From assembly GCA_010909165.1 (NCBI GenBank), contig MU008188.1, forward strand, positions 723,766 to 787,765: a stretch of DNA of 64,000 nt, given 5' to 3'. How positions within the stretch are numbered: position 1 is the first letter of the stretch; every line of letters starts with the position of its first letter. The position numbers were made by a program, and so were the translations under genes. Shown one piece after another: positions 24,224 through 36,233 of this stretch. The notes under the pieces are model-generated. The model saw nothing but the letters and a program-made list of their open reading frames with translations, did not search any database and was not told the origin of the DNA. The stretch comes from Anthoceros angustus (Eukaryota; Plantae; Anthocerotophyta).

Positions 24224-24256
24224 TGTATATTCACCCCCTTGCAAATTTATCGTGTT
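24224..24256 (-). repeat. Right terminal inverted repeat
   Basis: TGTATATTCACCCCCTTGCAAATTTATCGTGTT followed by TTAC. Confidence 0.9.
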
Positions 24257-24485
24257 TTACTAAATGGTGGCTGCGGCCACAGGTTAAATTCTCGCGTTGC
24301 TGCGGCCACAGGTTAAATTCTCGCTGCACATGAGACAATAATAGTCCATGAAATGATACAATCATACAATGTAAGTAGAGGACATTCATATTATTTATGA
24401 AAGAAGTGTTAAATGCAAATGTCATGTTTTGTACCTTCGGTTTGAGAGAGTTCTTCAATGCGAGACATTAGTTATATAAATAAAG

Positions 24486-24585
24486 CTTGACTTGACTTGA
24501 CTTGACTTGACTTGACTTGACTTGACTTGACTTGACTTGACTTGACTTGACTTGACTTGACTTGACTTGACTTGACTTGACTTGA
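24486..24585. repeat. (CTTGA)20 pentanucleotide microsatellite
   Basis: Perfect tandem array. Confidence 0.97.
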
Positions 24586-24962
24586 TGCTGTAGCTATCAT
24601 GTCAAAGTGGAAACCTTCCTTTCATTTTCTTTGAGATACTAGATACGAGGAGGAGTCCGTATTATGTTCTTCAGGCCAAGGAGTAATAATCTTCGTCGCA
24701 TGTTTGAAGTGTGTATCCATATTACCTATGTCATGTGAGTCATAGCTACATCTATGTCGCCAGTAAATCTACCTCAAAGGAAAAGCTGTGAGTGGCATGA
24801 TTGTGAGAGCTTGCTAGGGATCATTAAAAACTCATCTTACATAGTTGGTTATATGGCTACACCTGAGTGATACATCTCATCATGTTTGTCTATGTTTGTT
24901 ATAAAAAAATTGACCAGAGGGCAGTCAGCATTTAAATATCATAAACTAGAATCTAACAAGAT

Positions 24963-24965
<3 letters not shown>

Positions 24966-25046
<81 letters not shown>
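24966..25046. repeat. (AAT)n microsatellite
   Basis: Perfect tandem array. Confidence 0.97.
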
Positions 25047-25047
<1 letters not shown>

Positions 25048-25399
25048 TAATATAAACTTTCTAGAAGACAAAAGTATTAGAATATCAGTCTAGTTAAGTT
25101 AGGCTAACCTTTTAAGAGTCACACCTTTTCGGTGACTATAAGAGATGTTGTAACCAAGTACAACAATCTAATCATTCTTACTTTCTCTCCTCATGTGTTA
25201 GCATCACACCCACTAATCTTATATGGTATCATAACAAGATACTCAATCCTGATGGCCAGATCTAATGCTCCCACCTCCTTAATTTTATGAACCCCCTCCA
25301 TATCTCGGATTTGATGGGCCGCTAGCCCTATCTTCTTTTAATGCCTCCAAGGATGGGAGAAAGGCATTTTGCCTTCTCTCTCCCTTGCCTTCTAGCCCC

Positions 25400-25860
25400 T
25401 TGCCTCTCTCAATGGCAAGACGTTCACGTACTAGAGCCCGAGGGCAGTGCTCACACGCCATATACCATGGACGATAGCACCGCCAAAGCGACACCAGGAA
25501 TATAATTTTGTTGAGCAACACCGCACCCAAGCCGCTCAGGCCCTCAACCCCAAAGGCACAATCAGGCTTCACCTCGACAATAATTGTAGATGTCCAAGCC
25601 TTGGTTACCCCTCCCATGGATGGACTGAAGATGATTTGCAACCAGATCAATATGAGACATGGAGCGTAGGGACTGGCGATCCTCCCCATCACGTACCCGC
25701 TCCGAAATTTGGAGAAATTTATGTAAATTGTGCAGGAATTTCACGGCAACACCATGTCGGGCGGGAGCTACCGCAAGCTATCATGGTGGCGAACCGCCAC
25801 CGCCCTCATGGCGGCGACGAACTGTATGGGCTACCGAATGCTTCAGGCGAGATAGACGGC
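25400..25860 (+). pseudogene. gag: copia gag (UBN2-like) remnant
   Basis: KGTIRLHLDNN..(frameshift)..QYE and IMVA../PPSWR match copia gag AIRLHLS..LYE and LPPSY. Confidence 0.6.
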
Positions 25861-25904
25861 CGCCGCGCGACTCGGCACCGCGTTATACTGCATCACAGCT
25901 GATA

Positions 25905-27797
25905 CTCAACTGGCGCCATTGACCACTACAAGGCAACACTCGTGGCACAAGGTTACACTCAACGTGCAGGGGATGACTACGATGTGGATAATCTTTTCTC
26001 CCCTGTCATCCAGACTAGTTCGTTGCACGTTATCCTTGCCTATGCTACCTTTCATGATCGGGAGGTAGTACAGCTCGATGTTAATACAACATTTCTTTAT
26101 GTAAAGTTGCAAGAGGAGATATACATGCGTTAAATTGAAGGTTACGAAGAGAAAGGCCGCAAACATCTTGTGTGTCTGCTGCAGCGTAGCATATATGGCC
26201 TTAAGCAATCCGCTAAGAATTGGAATGTCTACATGGATGACTTCCTCTTGGCGTGCGGATTCACTAAGTGCCACTGTCATCTTCAATGAGGACCCCCTTC
26301 TTCTCTCTCCCGATGCTAGGGGAGATGTTGACGTCCCTGACCTGGATGTTTCCACCGATGTTGGCGCGGGGGGGAGGATGAATGGGAGCCCGTACCACCG
26401 CCAGCTACGTATACACACACTCCGCATGCTCCTCAAGCTGCAATCCGCCCACCGGTGATTGCGCTCGTGCCTGTAGCATCGGCGCCCGCTCCTCCCGCCT
26501 CTCCTGCTACTGCTGCAACTCCATCCACCTCTGAAGCTCCCTTCTCTCCCTTGCCCTCCAGCAGCGGTGACTCGAACCTCGACCTTGGTGGCTTGCTTAC
26601 CCCTCGTCCCTGCAAGCGAGGTATCTCACCCCCCTGACTTACCTCCTCCTGCAGATGGACCTCCAGCACTTCTGCGCTCGATAAGGGAAGGACCCTTAGG
26701 AGGAAGGCACTCGAGAACCTTGAGCAAACTCAACAAATCTCAAATACACAGGCCACCAGCATGGCCATCTATTCCCGTTCAAGTTTCGCTCTCCACCTTA
26801 GACTTATTAATTGGAGCCTACCACTCTCGCCGCAGCCTTGTCTGGGCCACAAGCGGCGGAGTGGAAGAAGGCTGTTGATGACTAGTTTCAATCATTGCAT
26901 GATAACACCACATGGCGCCTTTGTGATCTACCACCTGGCAGGTCCGCAGTCGGCAGCAAGTGGAGTTTCAAGATCAAGTGCACTGCTGCCGGTACCATTG
27001 ACCGCTACAAGGCAAGGCTCATGGCACAAGGTTACACTCAATGTGCAGGGGATGACAACGATGCAGATAATCTTTTTTCCCCTGTCGTCCAGACTAGTTC
27101 GTTGTGCGTTATCCTTGCCTGTGCTACCTTTCATGATTGGGAGGTGGATGTTAAGACAACATTTCTTTATGGAAAGTTGCAAGAGGAGATATACATGCGT
27201 CAACCTGAAGGTTACGAAGAGAAAGGCTGCGAACATCTTGTGTGTCTACTGCAGCGTAGCATATACAGCCTTAAGCAATCTACTAAGAATTGGAACGTTT
27301 ATATAGACGACTTCCTCTTGGCGTACGGATTCACTAAGTGCCCATCTGACGGTAACGTTTACATCCTCCGGTCAAGGGATGCACTGGTCATCCTCGCCCT
27401 ATACGTGGACAACTGCATCCTTGTTAGCAATGACAAGCATGGGCTTCTCGCCAAGACCATCCTCATGCTTGAGTCGAAGTTTAGCATGGCTGACTTAGGT
27501 GATATTCATTATTATATTGGTATGAAAGTTACTCGCGATCGTGCACATAGAACCTTGCACCTCACGCAGATGCAATACATTAAGAATACTCTAACCCGAT
27601 ACAACATGCTAGAATGCAAACAGACCTACCCGCTCATCGGCCCTTGCATCATCGACCACGCACCCAAGACGTGAAGTACAGTACATGGAGACCATTCCCT
27701 ACCAAGAAGCACTTGGGTGGATTAACTGGATTTGTACAACCATACGTCCTGATATAGGGCACGTTGTTCGTGTCCTCTCCCAACAAATGGCTGATCT
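25905..27797 (+). pseudogene. pol: copia reverse transcriptase fragments; start duplicated (25905-26275 and 26990-27345)
   Basis: VGSKWSFKIK..IDRYKARLMAQGYTQ, DVKTTFLYGKLQEEIYMRQPEG, LALYVDN. Confidence 0.9.
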
Positions 27798-28016
27798 TGA
27801 TAAAATAGCTTACTATTAGGGCACTCTTCACTAGGGCACTTAGGACTTAATAATTAATTTTAGTCCTTAGGGTACTAAGTAGTTTCTTCTAGTAGTGATT
27901 GGTTAGTTGTTACAACCACTTAACGGTTACAACAACCTTGCCTACATAAAGGCATGTACTTTCTATTATGAATCAATGCAACACATATTGCTTGAGCTTG
28001 TGTATGATTCTCATCA
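27798..28016 (+). mobile_element. Solo copia LTR inserted in the RT-RNase H linker
   Basis: TGATAAAA...TCATCA; TSD GATCT/CATCT; similar to the LTRs at 36234 and 40288. Confidence 0.82.
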
Positions 28017-28598
28017 CATCTAGGACCTGCTCATTGGTCCGCCCTTCAACGCACCTTGCGTTATCTCAAGGGGACCATGGCTTACGGACTCAAGTGCCAC
28101 AGACCTAGCACCAGCAACACATCTCCAGCCTCCTTCCCTCAACTTTACACCTGAAGCCTTGATTGGGGAGACATGGACTCGAAGAAATCTACTTTTGGTT
28201 ATGCCTTGATGCTTTGTGATGCCGCCATTGCACTCTCCTCCACCGAATCTGAGTACATGGCTGCGACGCTTGCCACCAAGCGCGTTGTTGACCGCATCAA
28301 GCTCCTTGATGAGCTTGGTATAATGCAGGAGAAGCCGGTGGTCATCAAGATAGACAACCAATCCGCTTTCGCTCTTGCCGGCATCTCAAAGTTTAGTTCC
28401 AGGTCCAAGCACATCGATCTCCAATATCACTACGTGCGTGAGAAATGTGCCTCTGGGGATGTGCGACTTGAGTACTGCCCAACAGAGCTTATGGGGGCAG
28501 ACATCTTGACCAAGAGCCTACCTCGTGACAAACACTTAGTTTGTACAAAGCTGCTAGGAGTTAGTGGTCTCTCTTATCAAGACGATAAGCGAGCCTAA
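28017..28598 (+). pseudogene. pol: copia RNase H
   Basis: ALSSTESEYMAA..DNQSA..RSKHIDLQYHYVRE..ADILTK. Confidence 0.92.
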
Positions 28599-28816
28599 CA
28601 TACTTAGCCTGAGGGGGAGTATTAGAATATTAGTCTAGTTACGTTAGGCTAACCTCCTACTCCAAGAGTCATACCCTTTCGGGGTGACTATAAGAGATGT
28701 TGTAACCAAGTACAACAATCTGATCATTCTTACTTTCTCTCATGTGTTAGCATCACACCCACTAATCTTATAAAAAGTACAAGATAATATTTTAAACTAC
28801 CTAATCATCCTTGATT

Positions 28817-29000
28817 CACTAGTAGAAACATGGTGTCCATGTTATGGTTTTTTGACACCATTTTTGTTACGGCCCCCAACAACGTTACATGTTTTGGTGT
28901 GGGAAGAGGCATGGCATACAAGCCTACATTTGTAACACCTCTTTATAACACTTTTTCCTTTAGCAACGTGTGCATTGTGTTCCTATTACTCGCACTCCCA
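28817..29000 (+). mobile_element. Possible CACTA 5' terminus with subterminal repeats
   Basis: CACTAGTAGAAA followed by several TGTTAC/GTAACA-like motifs; no matching 3' end found. Confidence 0.4.
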
Positions 29001-30000
29001 AGTCTTTTCCCACTTGCAAGCTTTAAAATACTAATTTTGGCATGAGGTTCATCATTGCACTCCTTTGAATATTCTAGTCCCATTTGTGTGCGGGGCGGTA
29101 TCGGCAGGAGCAGACAATGGCTTCTTCTTTGTGGATCTTTTACCCTTTCTAGATCTGCGTGACATTCATATAGTGGCTCATGAGCGTGCAGGTTAAAATG
29201 GCGTGCTGATGTTGCGGGTTCCTGCGGTCACGAGACGCGTTTGCCGTGATGCGAGAAGCCAGAGATCCGGATTTGCGAGTTTAGTTTTGTTATGTAGTGC
29301 CTTGAACATGGCCTGTTTTATGTTGAATGATGGCCATGTGGCAGATACGAAAGCAACAAACATGGCATCCGTGGTGTACGAGGCCCCGCCCTTCGATACG
29401 TCTGTAGATGGCGTACATGGCCATGTGCCACATACGCCAATTTGTGTATATGGTATGTGCCGTGTGTCGGCACGGCACGTACCATGTGCATACCACGTCT
29501 CGGAAAACCCACTCCTGGCCGTCACGCAAACCATCATGGCTATGGCGGACGGCAGTGCAAGTGTGGCTATGAAAGGTGGCTGAATGCACACCCATTTGCA
29601 CACTGCACTAAAAGGTGATTATACATCCCTCAAGCTAGAGGAAGTTATGAACCTTTCAGCGACGTGCGGGTCGAAGCCGCCTTCAACCCCAATTTCGGTT
29701 CCTTCCACCTTGTGAAGGCAGGGACATGGGAGTTGTTCTGGACCACCTGCACAAAAGCCCTTTTTCAAACGACCGCTCCAGGCATTTTCTTGCACAATAC
29801 CAAAACAAGGACGTCCTACAAAAAAAACGGGCACCCTATGGACCCAGGACTTGTGGTCTGGACACTCAGATCTCATATCCCAACGCCTCCCTCTTGCAGG
29901 TTAAGCATTCTCAGAAAATGGTTTTCGTGTCGGTATCTTGGAAGGCTGCTCGTGTGAGAGATTGGACATGTCGCTAATCCCGGTTCCTGACTCTGCGTAG

Positions 30001-30536
30001 GGGCTGTTATTGTTTCAACGCCACAAGACATTGCTCTTATCGATGCACGAAGAGGAGCTAGCATGTTTCGAAAAGTCGATGTTCCAGTAGGTTTCTCACC
30101 CGTCTGCAGCAGCACTTTTCCTTTGCTGCTCCCATACTGCCAAACTCTTGAGAGTCGAGATATATGCAGGTACTAGGTTTGGTAGAAAACATGAGCTTCT
30201 TCAAGTGTCCCAAATGTGGGGAGCGTACCGAAGTGTTTGGCCATGGAGGTGCCAGGCAAACTGCAGAAGAGCTCGACATGCACTTTCTGGGAGCGGTAAC
30301 TGCTGCATGAGTGAACTCGTCAGTGCTTGGGTGTCCTGAACCTGACTCTCGTTCTGCACGATTGCCAGGTCCCACTGGAAATGTCTGTTCGCCAGACCTC
30401 AGATCATGGAAGTCCAATAGTTGCCTCCTCACCCGACAGTGAAGTTGCCGCTATCTACAGAGACATTGCCACACAGATCTCTCGAAAGCTGCAAGAAACG
30501 GCAGTACCTTCAATACCACGATTTGTAGTAGACTAG
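30001..30536 (+). CDS. IND1: Mrp/NBP35-family Fe-S scaffold (mitochondrial IND1/NUBPL type), last three exons only (30001-30086, 30170-30295, 30369-30536)
   Basis: [26 protein letters not shown] / [23 protein letters not shown] / [18 protein letters not shown]; GT-AG introns. P-loop exons are not seen upstream. Confidence 0.88.
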
Positions 30537-30756
30537 AGAATTTCCCTCGAAAGAGGCTAATGGTATTACATCACCCTCACGTACAAAATTTCACCAGGCT
30601 GCAACGCATGGTACAACAGACCGAGGAAGCACTCAGGCCACAAGCAACCCCGAGCAGATCCTTCGGAGGGAACTTCAAAGCACCAAGGCAGGACCTCACA
30701 GGCAGGGAACGCAAAAGGGATTTCACAGCCGGGATGACTAGAGGCGGACCATCTCT

Positions 30757-31481
30757 CTAGGCGAAGAACGCTGCTTGCAACTGCTTGACTTCAGTCACAA
30801 CTTCGTCATATTCTTTAGCATACTTGTCTTTCTCTTCTTCCGTGACTGCACCTTTAAGAGGGGGAGGTATCACAAGCATGCAACTGGTCGGTCTTTTCGT
30901 AGCTCCTGCCGCTCCCAAATCCTGAGCAGCAAAACACTCCTCCGATTGAGAGCTCAGTCCAAAACCAACGCAAAAACAAAGAGTGGAATGCAAGGGGAAT
31001 TTTCGCACTGTCTCACCTCCTTGGATGGAACATATACATAGGATCTCAGCTTCCTCACACAAGACAGGAACGTGGGTTATAACATCAATCGGAGAAATAT
31101 CCCCAGCAATGATACATAACCTGCCAATTCCAGAATCAGTGTGATCCTAAATCTCAATCAAAACAGAGAGCAACTCGGCAAGGCAGGGGCAATCGTACCC
31201 TTTCTGACCCTTCCTCACTGATTTCAATACCTCCTTCACTCCACGCTTCAACTGCTTAGCCTGCCGCTGAGAGCGGAAATGACACCAGACCAGGATTCAG
31301 CACAGCCCAACCAATACCGCTGGAAATTAGCCCATAAACAGTCTGCCGAGCCTACCTCTTTGACGACTTTCAGCGTCTTTCTGTTCAGCTTCTTGCCTGC
31401 CAGGGGCTTAGCGATAACCGAAACCGCAGCCCACTTCCTCCTGTCCTTCTCTTTGCTCTTCTTGTCATCTTCAGCGTCCGT
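30757..31481 (-). CDS. NHP2: H/ACA snoRNP subunit NHP2 (L7Ae family), four exons
   Basis: IAKPLAGKKL / LKRGVKEV..RKGQK / GLCIIAGDISPIDVITHVPVLCEEA..YVPSKE / DLGAAGATKRPT. One 1-bp frameshift; start reads ACG. TGGGCC site-II element upstream. Confidence 0.92.
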
Positions 31482-31609
31482 TGCTCTGATGGCGATGGCA
31501 ACTTGGTAAACGGCCCAGGCGATAAGGGCTCTGCACTAGGGATTAGGAGCCCTAGGTTCCGCCAATTGTTTCAGTCAAAATAAGGTTTGTCAAGTTCTGC
31601 TGTTTATTT

Positions 31610-31720
31610 TCAGATATGCGTGTACCGCATACATCAGGGGTACGTAAGATATCGTAGGAGACGGTAGAAGGTGCAAAAACTTATAGGCTATTTTATTCGC
31701 ATATATCTACTTCACATACC
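31610..31720. repeat. Second copy of the lectin 3' flank (matches 35540-35655)
   Basis: Shared GGTAGAA.GTGCA..TTATAGGCTATTTTATTCGCATATAT. Confidence 0.7.
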
Positions 31721-33152
31721 TATATTTACATACGTCAAACCCTAAAGCATGACTTTGTCGAGAACAAGCTAGAAATCCAACAAAGAATGGTGAGCACACC
31801 GGACGGAACTCACATCCCATCCTTAGTAGACATAAATAAAGTTGCCTGTTGTTGTTGCTGAGCGATAATTCTTCTCTGTCTCACCCAGTGCCCATGGTCA
31901 ACTGCAATCATGGGAGGATAGGTGTTACCGTGGTAAGCAACAATTGAAAATATTGGTAAATCATGATTTTCAAAATAATGAAGGTAGATTTTTCCTCTTA
32001 AAAACTAGAGATTGAGGACCGGTCCTTATCTTGAAGAAGCTTAAGACCTTGTTATGGGATGATTTTAGAGGATATCTATGGAATAATTCTATTACATGTC
32101 ATTATGTGGAATTAACCATTTGCACAACCACAAGCTCAATGTGGCACCATGTAGTAAATAAGCATTGTAAATTTTGTGCGTGAATTTTGTGTTGAGCCAC
32201 AAGCTACCAGCCTACAAGGCCGTACTATTGGAGAAATGTGTGATCATACCTTTATGTGTGAAGTGGGTTGATGTGAAAAACAAGATCCTTGTGTGATTTA
32301 GGCTTTAGGCTCTAGGGTTTAACGTTTGGATTACGGTTTGGGGTTTAGGGTTTCTTGTTTTTGCACACATCAATCCACTTCACCGATAGAGGTCTGATCA
32401 CACATTTCGTGGACGGGTCTCTTTGGAGCGACCAAACCGAAGCGGTTTCTTCGTTCCCTTTCGTTCCAAGTTGGATAGAAACTGGCACAGAAGGTGAATA
32501 CCAAAGCTGCTTTACATAAAAGTGATGACAAAGAACTAACTCAACTTCATACTTTGTTTAATCATGCCTCACATCAAATTGAACATAACGTATCTTAGCC
32601 TAGCTAATTGCGTTCCACTATGGTTACCTTTCCTTATGTTTTTTTTTGTTCACCAGTCAAAAGGTTTGTTTGCCTTGATTGATGCAATCATGACGAAAAT
32701 TATCTTAAAAAACTTTAGCGAAAAATAATTTCAGATTATTTGCTCAAAAATGTATATAATCTTGTCACTTGCATTCACTAAAGGTCGAGGAAAAATAATA
32801 GTCCTTGGGCCATGTGGTGCATATATATAAAAAAATGTGATATTGTTACATCCACTCTAATTTCATCTTCTCTACCAACCTTCATCAAAGGCCAAGGACA
32901 AGTAGTTCTTGGCCTTTGGGGCGACCCCCCGCAGGCAGCTGGCAAATAAATTATATATAAGCATGTGTATCGAGATCAATTGTATACCAAGACATGAGAT
33001 CGAGAAAGACTATTGAACATAGGGTATATATGTGTGTGACTGCATCACTCTCATTCATAGTATTGTCCCGAACTAAATTTGCTCCTTGCTAGCAGTTAGT
33101 CTCCAATTGCCTTCCACCGTGAGACATTCTAGTGAAGAGTGGTACAAACACC

Positions 33153-35193
33153 ATGGCCAACAAAGGGTTGATATTATTACTGGCATGCTTGTTCTTTTTT
33201 TCTCATGCAAGTGAAGCATTGGTTGGAGCATATAGGAAAGGTTCTACTGTACAAGATGAGACATTGCCATCGGTTCAAACACATAACGTATGTATTTCCT
33301 GTAATTCGAACCATGAAGATAAATTTGTGAATCCTCAAATTTGTGAATATTTTCAGTTCATTATCCATTTTGGTGCTTATTGCTTGTGTTTTCGTTTTCA
33401 TTGGTCAACCAAAAACTTTAACGGCTAGATTTAGTTTCATTAAACGACTCACCTATTTTTATGTTTTTGATTAATTCCAGCTTACAGATGGTTCGACAAT
33501 CGATTGTGTTAAGATTGAGGACCAACTAACACTACGAGATCCGCGGTTTAAAGATCATGTGATTCAAGTAAGTGTGCTTCTATATAAATTCGTTCTCGTG
33601 TCAAATTATGATATATCATGTCTTAAATTTTAAGATATTTTTAATTATAAAATAAGAATAAGTTATCAATTCTTCATGCTAAAGTATTGAATTCTTCACT
33701 TACCATGTAGAAACCACCAACATTGACTTACATATCCAATGAGACACTTCTTAAAGATTTGGATCTGCCAAGACAACTTTATCACCATGAAGTTGGTTCG
33801 TGTAAGGTACTATTCACTTTCTACGTTCTAACAAGGGCCATAACCATAAAAGAAATACAAAGGTACACAAAGCGAGGAATAGACAATGAAATAAATTACT
33901 CTCCACCAACCATCATGTAAGTACTTGAAAGTCACCATCTACATGATGGGGAAAGCTAGATGTAGCAATTAATATGCTTTGAAAATAACCAAACACATGT
34001 ATACATAAGCATGCATGATCGACTAACAAGTATGAATATAAAATGCAGTACGTCACCGGTGAACTCCCTGGACAGTGGAATGGTGGTGGAGCACGTATTA
34101 GCCTTTGGAATCCTGAGCCTAATATGAATGTAAGCACAGGTGCTACGTTCTCGCAGATGTGGATTCTTGGATCAAACAAAGATAACCTTAATACGGCTGA
34201 AGTAGGATGGATGGTAAGTATCTTCAAGAGCCTTGTGTATTGATATGAAGCTACCAAATCTCAAAATAGATTTTTAAACTCAAAATCTATCATACTTTTT
34301 TGGTGAAGATTTAAGAGCTAATGTGTAAAACTTGCTTGTTTATACACAAATAGGTGTCCCCGAACTCATTTTTGGATGCAGAGCCACATTTATTTATCTA
34401 TTGGACGGTTAGTGATTTGTATAGAAAATATATTTCATTCAATATCCTTGCACATGTTAATTCAACTTCATGACTAACTTGACTTGTCGGGTGTTGATGC
34501 AGTCGGATGGTTATCAAACAACAGGATGTTCCAATCTAGATTGCCCAGGATTTATTCAAACTAGTGCAGCCTATGTTCTTGGTGGTACTTTTGCTGGCAA
34601 TTATGTCGGCACAAGCTTGTTGTTCGGTATCAACAAGGTATAACTGCATCATTTGTATGTTATTTTTTTGTATTTCATAAAATTTTGAAGAATATTTCTT
34701 ATATAAATATGTGATAACCGTGAGTTCCACCTTTTTTCACGTTGGGTTGATTTGTGATATACAGGTCAATGCTAATGCGGATCTATGGTTATACATTGAG
34801 TCCATACCTATAGGCTATTGGCCAAACAACATTTATACAGAAGGCCTTCTACGTGATGGGCTTGTTACCGAAATACAATGGGGAGGTGAAACAGCAATGA
34901 CAACTCCACAATCGCACGTAGCAATGGGGAATGGGCGATTAGGTTCCACAGGCCCAGGACCGGTACCGTGTGGAGTTACAGATGTACCAGCCCATATGGC
35001 GGCGTTGCACTCTATGAAGTTTGATAAACATAATAATCCCCTTCCACACGATGCCAAAGATTTGATCATGATACAAACAGATCTTGCACAATATGATTCA
35101 AAAATCTTCTATGATGTCAAAGGTGGTGATTGTTTAATGAGGTACTTGGATGTTTTTGGTGGCCCGGATATTGAACTTGAGAAGGGCCGGTAG
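33153..35193 (+). CDS. Secreted neprosin-family glutamic peptidase with activation peptide, seven exons
   Basis: Signal peptide MANKGLILLL; DGSTIDCV..Q; FSQMWI..NTAEVGW; FIYWT; DGYQTTGCSNLDCPGFIQ; IGYWP; QWGGE. Both catalytic Glu present; probable frameshift in exon 3. Confidence 0.9.
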
Positions 35194-35224
35194 CGTCATG
35201 GCCTTACAAAATTTGATGTCTTTT

Positions 35225-35414
35225 GATGTTTTTAACGTTATGAATCTGGTTCAATATTATGAAATAAGTACCACGTAATGTGGTCATACAAGTTCTTTTC
35301 TTGAAACTATTTATCAAAACCTTTATGTTTTTAACGTTATGATTCTTGTTCAATATTATGAAATAAGTACCACGTAATGTGGTCATACAAGTTCTTTTCT
35401 TGAAACTATTTATC
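35225..35414. repeat. Two-copy tandem repeat of ~100 bp, AT-rich
   Basis: ATGTTTTTAACGTTATGA...GAAACTATTTATC occurs twice. Confidence 0.9.
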
Positions 35415-35659
35415 GTCAAAAACCGATGCTTGGACCCACATTTTCTTTCTACATTAAATATTCCTCATTGTTTTATTGTGTCGTCAAAACAAGTTAACGT
35501 CATTTTCCTTTGAAATGAATGTGTTGTGTATTGGCTGATATGCATGTGTGTACGTCATAGGCACTTATAAATGGGGTGCGTAACATACTATAAGAGATGG
35601 TAGAACGTGCATAACATTATAGGCTATTTTATTCGCATATATCGATTTCACATATGTAA

Positions 35660-35933
35660 ACTTTAAACAATGGCTCTGCATGATAAGGTTGCAAGCGTGA
35701 GGAGCTGAGTATTGCTTGATCAGAGTGCATGTAGGGATCCATGATAGTACAGCACCTGGTTGCAACCTTGTTGTAGGTGCAGGCTGTAAGCATTGTGTGC
35801 GCAGTCAAGGCCGCCGCCGAGTATGTAGCCTGATTCCAAGGTATCACCTTCCCGCTGCTGTGCGCTAGAGAGCACAAAATTATAATTTATTGTTGCAACA
35901 CTAGGCCCGGATCCTCCTCCCATAAGTGGTACT
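35660..35933 (-). pseudogene. Bulb-type lectin paralog; 5' end cut off by a giant LTR
   Basis: VPLMGGGSGPSVATINYNFVLSSAQQREGDTLESGYILGGG..NAYSLHLQQGCNQVLYYHGS; near-identical to 40-152. Confidence 0.68.
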
Positions 35934-36233
35934 TGTGGTGGTACTTTCACTGACGGCCAGCCGAGCGCACACCAATCCCGCGTCGTTGCAATATGGGGTC
36001 CGTTCCCAAGGGAATGACTTGTTCCGTTTATACACGTCCGTTACTCAACACGCTCAGCGGTGTTAAGGAAGATGGCCTACCTAAGGCCGCTTATCGCAAC
36101 GCGTTTGTTTTCCATCCTCTAACGCTCTGCACTCGTTCAAATGCGATGGCCGGGATGGCCAAACGTTTAAGGACCCATTTGCGTCCGGCGTGCTGGCTTT
36201 TCTCCTCGCCCTTGCTTGCCGCTTGGCCTGCGT
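35934..36233 (-). mobile_element. 3' (U5) end of a third family B giant LTR, interrupted by the outer copia
   Basis: Reverse strand has GGGTCCTTAAACGTTTGGCCA and TTCCCTTGGGAAC..ACGAC.CGGGATTG and ends CCACA, as at 15050-15246 and 20700-20912. Confidence 0.75.

Larger units (their letters stand above)
339..24256. mobile_element. TIR DNA transposon with DUF7869/Sola-like transposase and cargo genes (ParB-methyltransferase, WRC finger); expanded by three solo LTRs and a tandem duplication
   Basis: 33-bp perfect inverted repeats at 339-371 and 24224-24256. TTAC immediately outside both ends (335-338, 24257-24260). DDD transposase motifs inside. Confidence 0.88.
25075..28772 (+). mobile_element. 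Internally deleted Ty1/copia element with ~150-bp LTRs (TA...TA termini)
   Basis: LTRs 25075-25223 and 28620-28772; PBS TGGTATCA (tRNA-iMet) 25224; PPT GAGGGGGAG 28611; perfect TSD AAAAG. Confidence 0.92.

Noticed and set aside
25447-25902. ORF with HLDNN and a later HRPHG resembling a TET/JBP 2OG-Fe(II) dioxygenase
   Set aside because: It lies right after a copia PBS. With frameshifts it reads as copia gag (TIRLHL..QYE..PPSW).
29193-29603. Overlapping ORFs on both strands, possibly a gene
   Set aside because: No recognisable motif or splice pattern; left unassigned.
32290-32355. TTTAGGG-like telomeric sequence
   Set aside because: Only two or three degenerate units; too short for an interstitial telomere.
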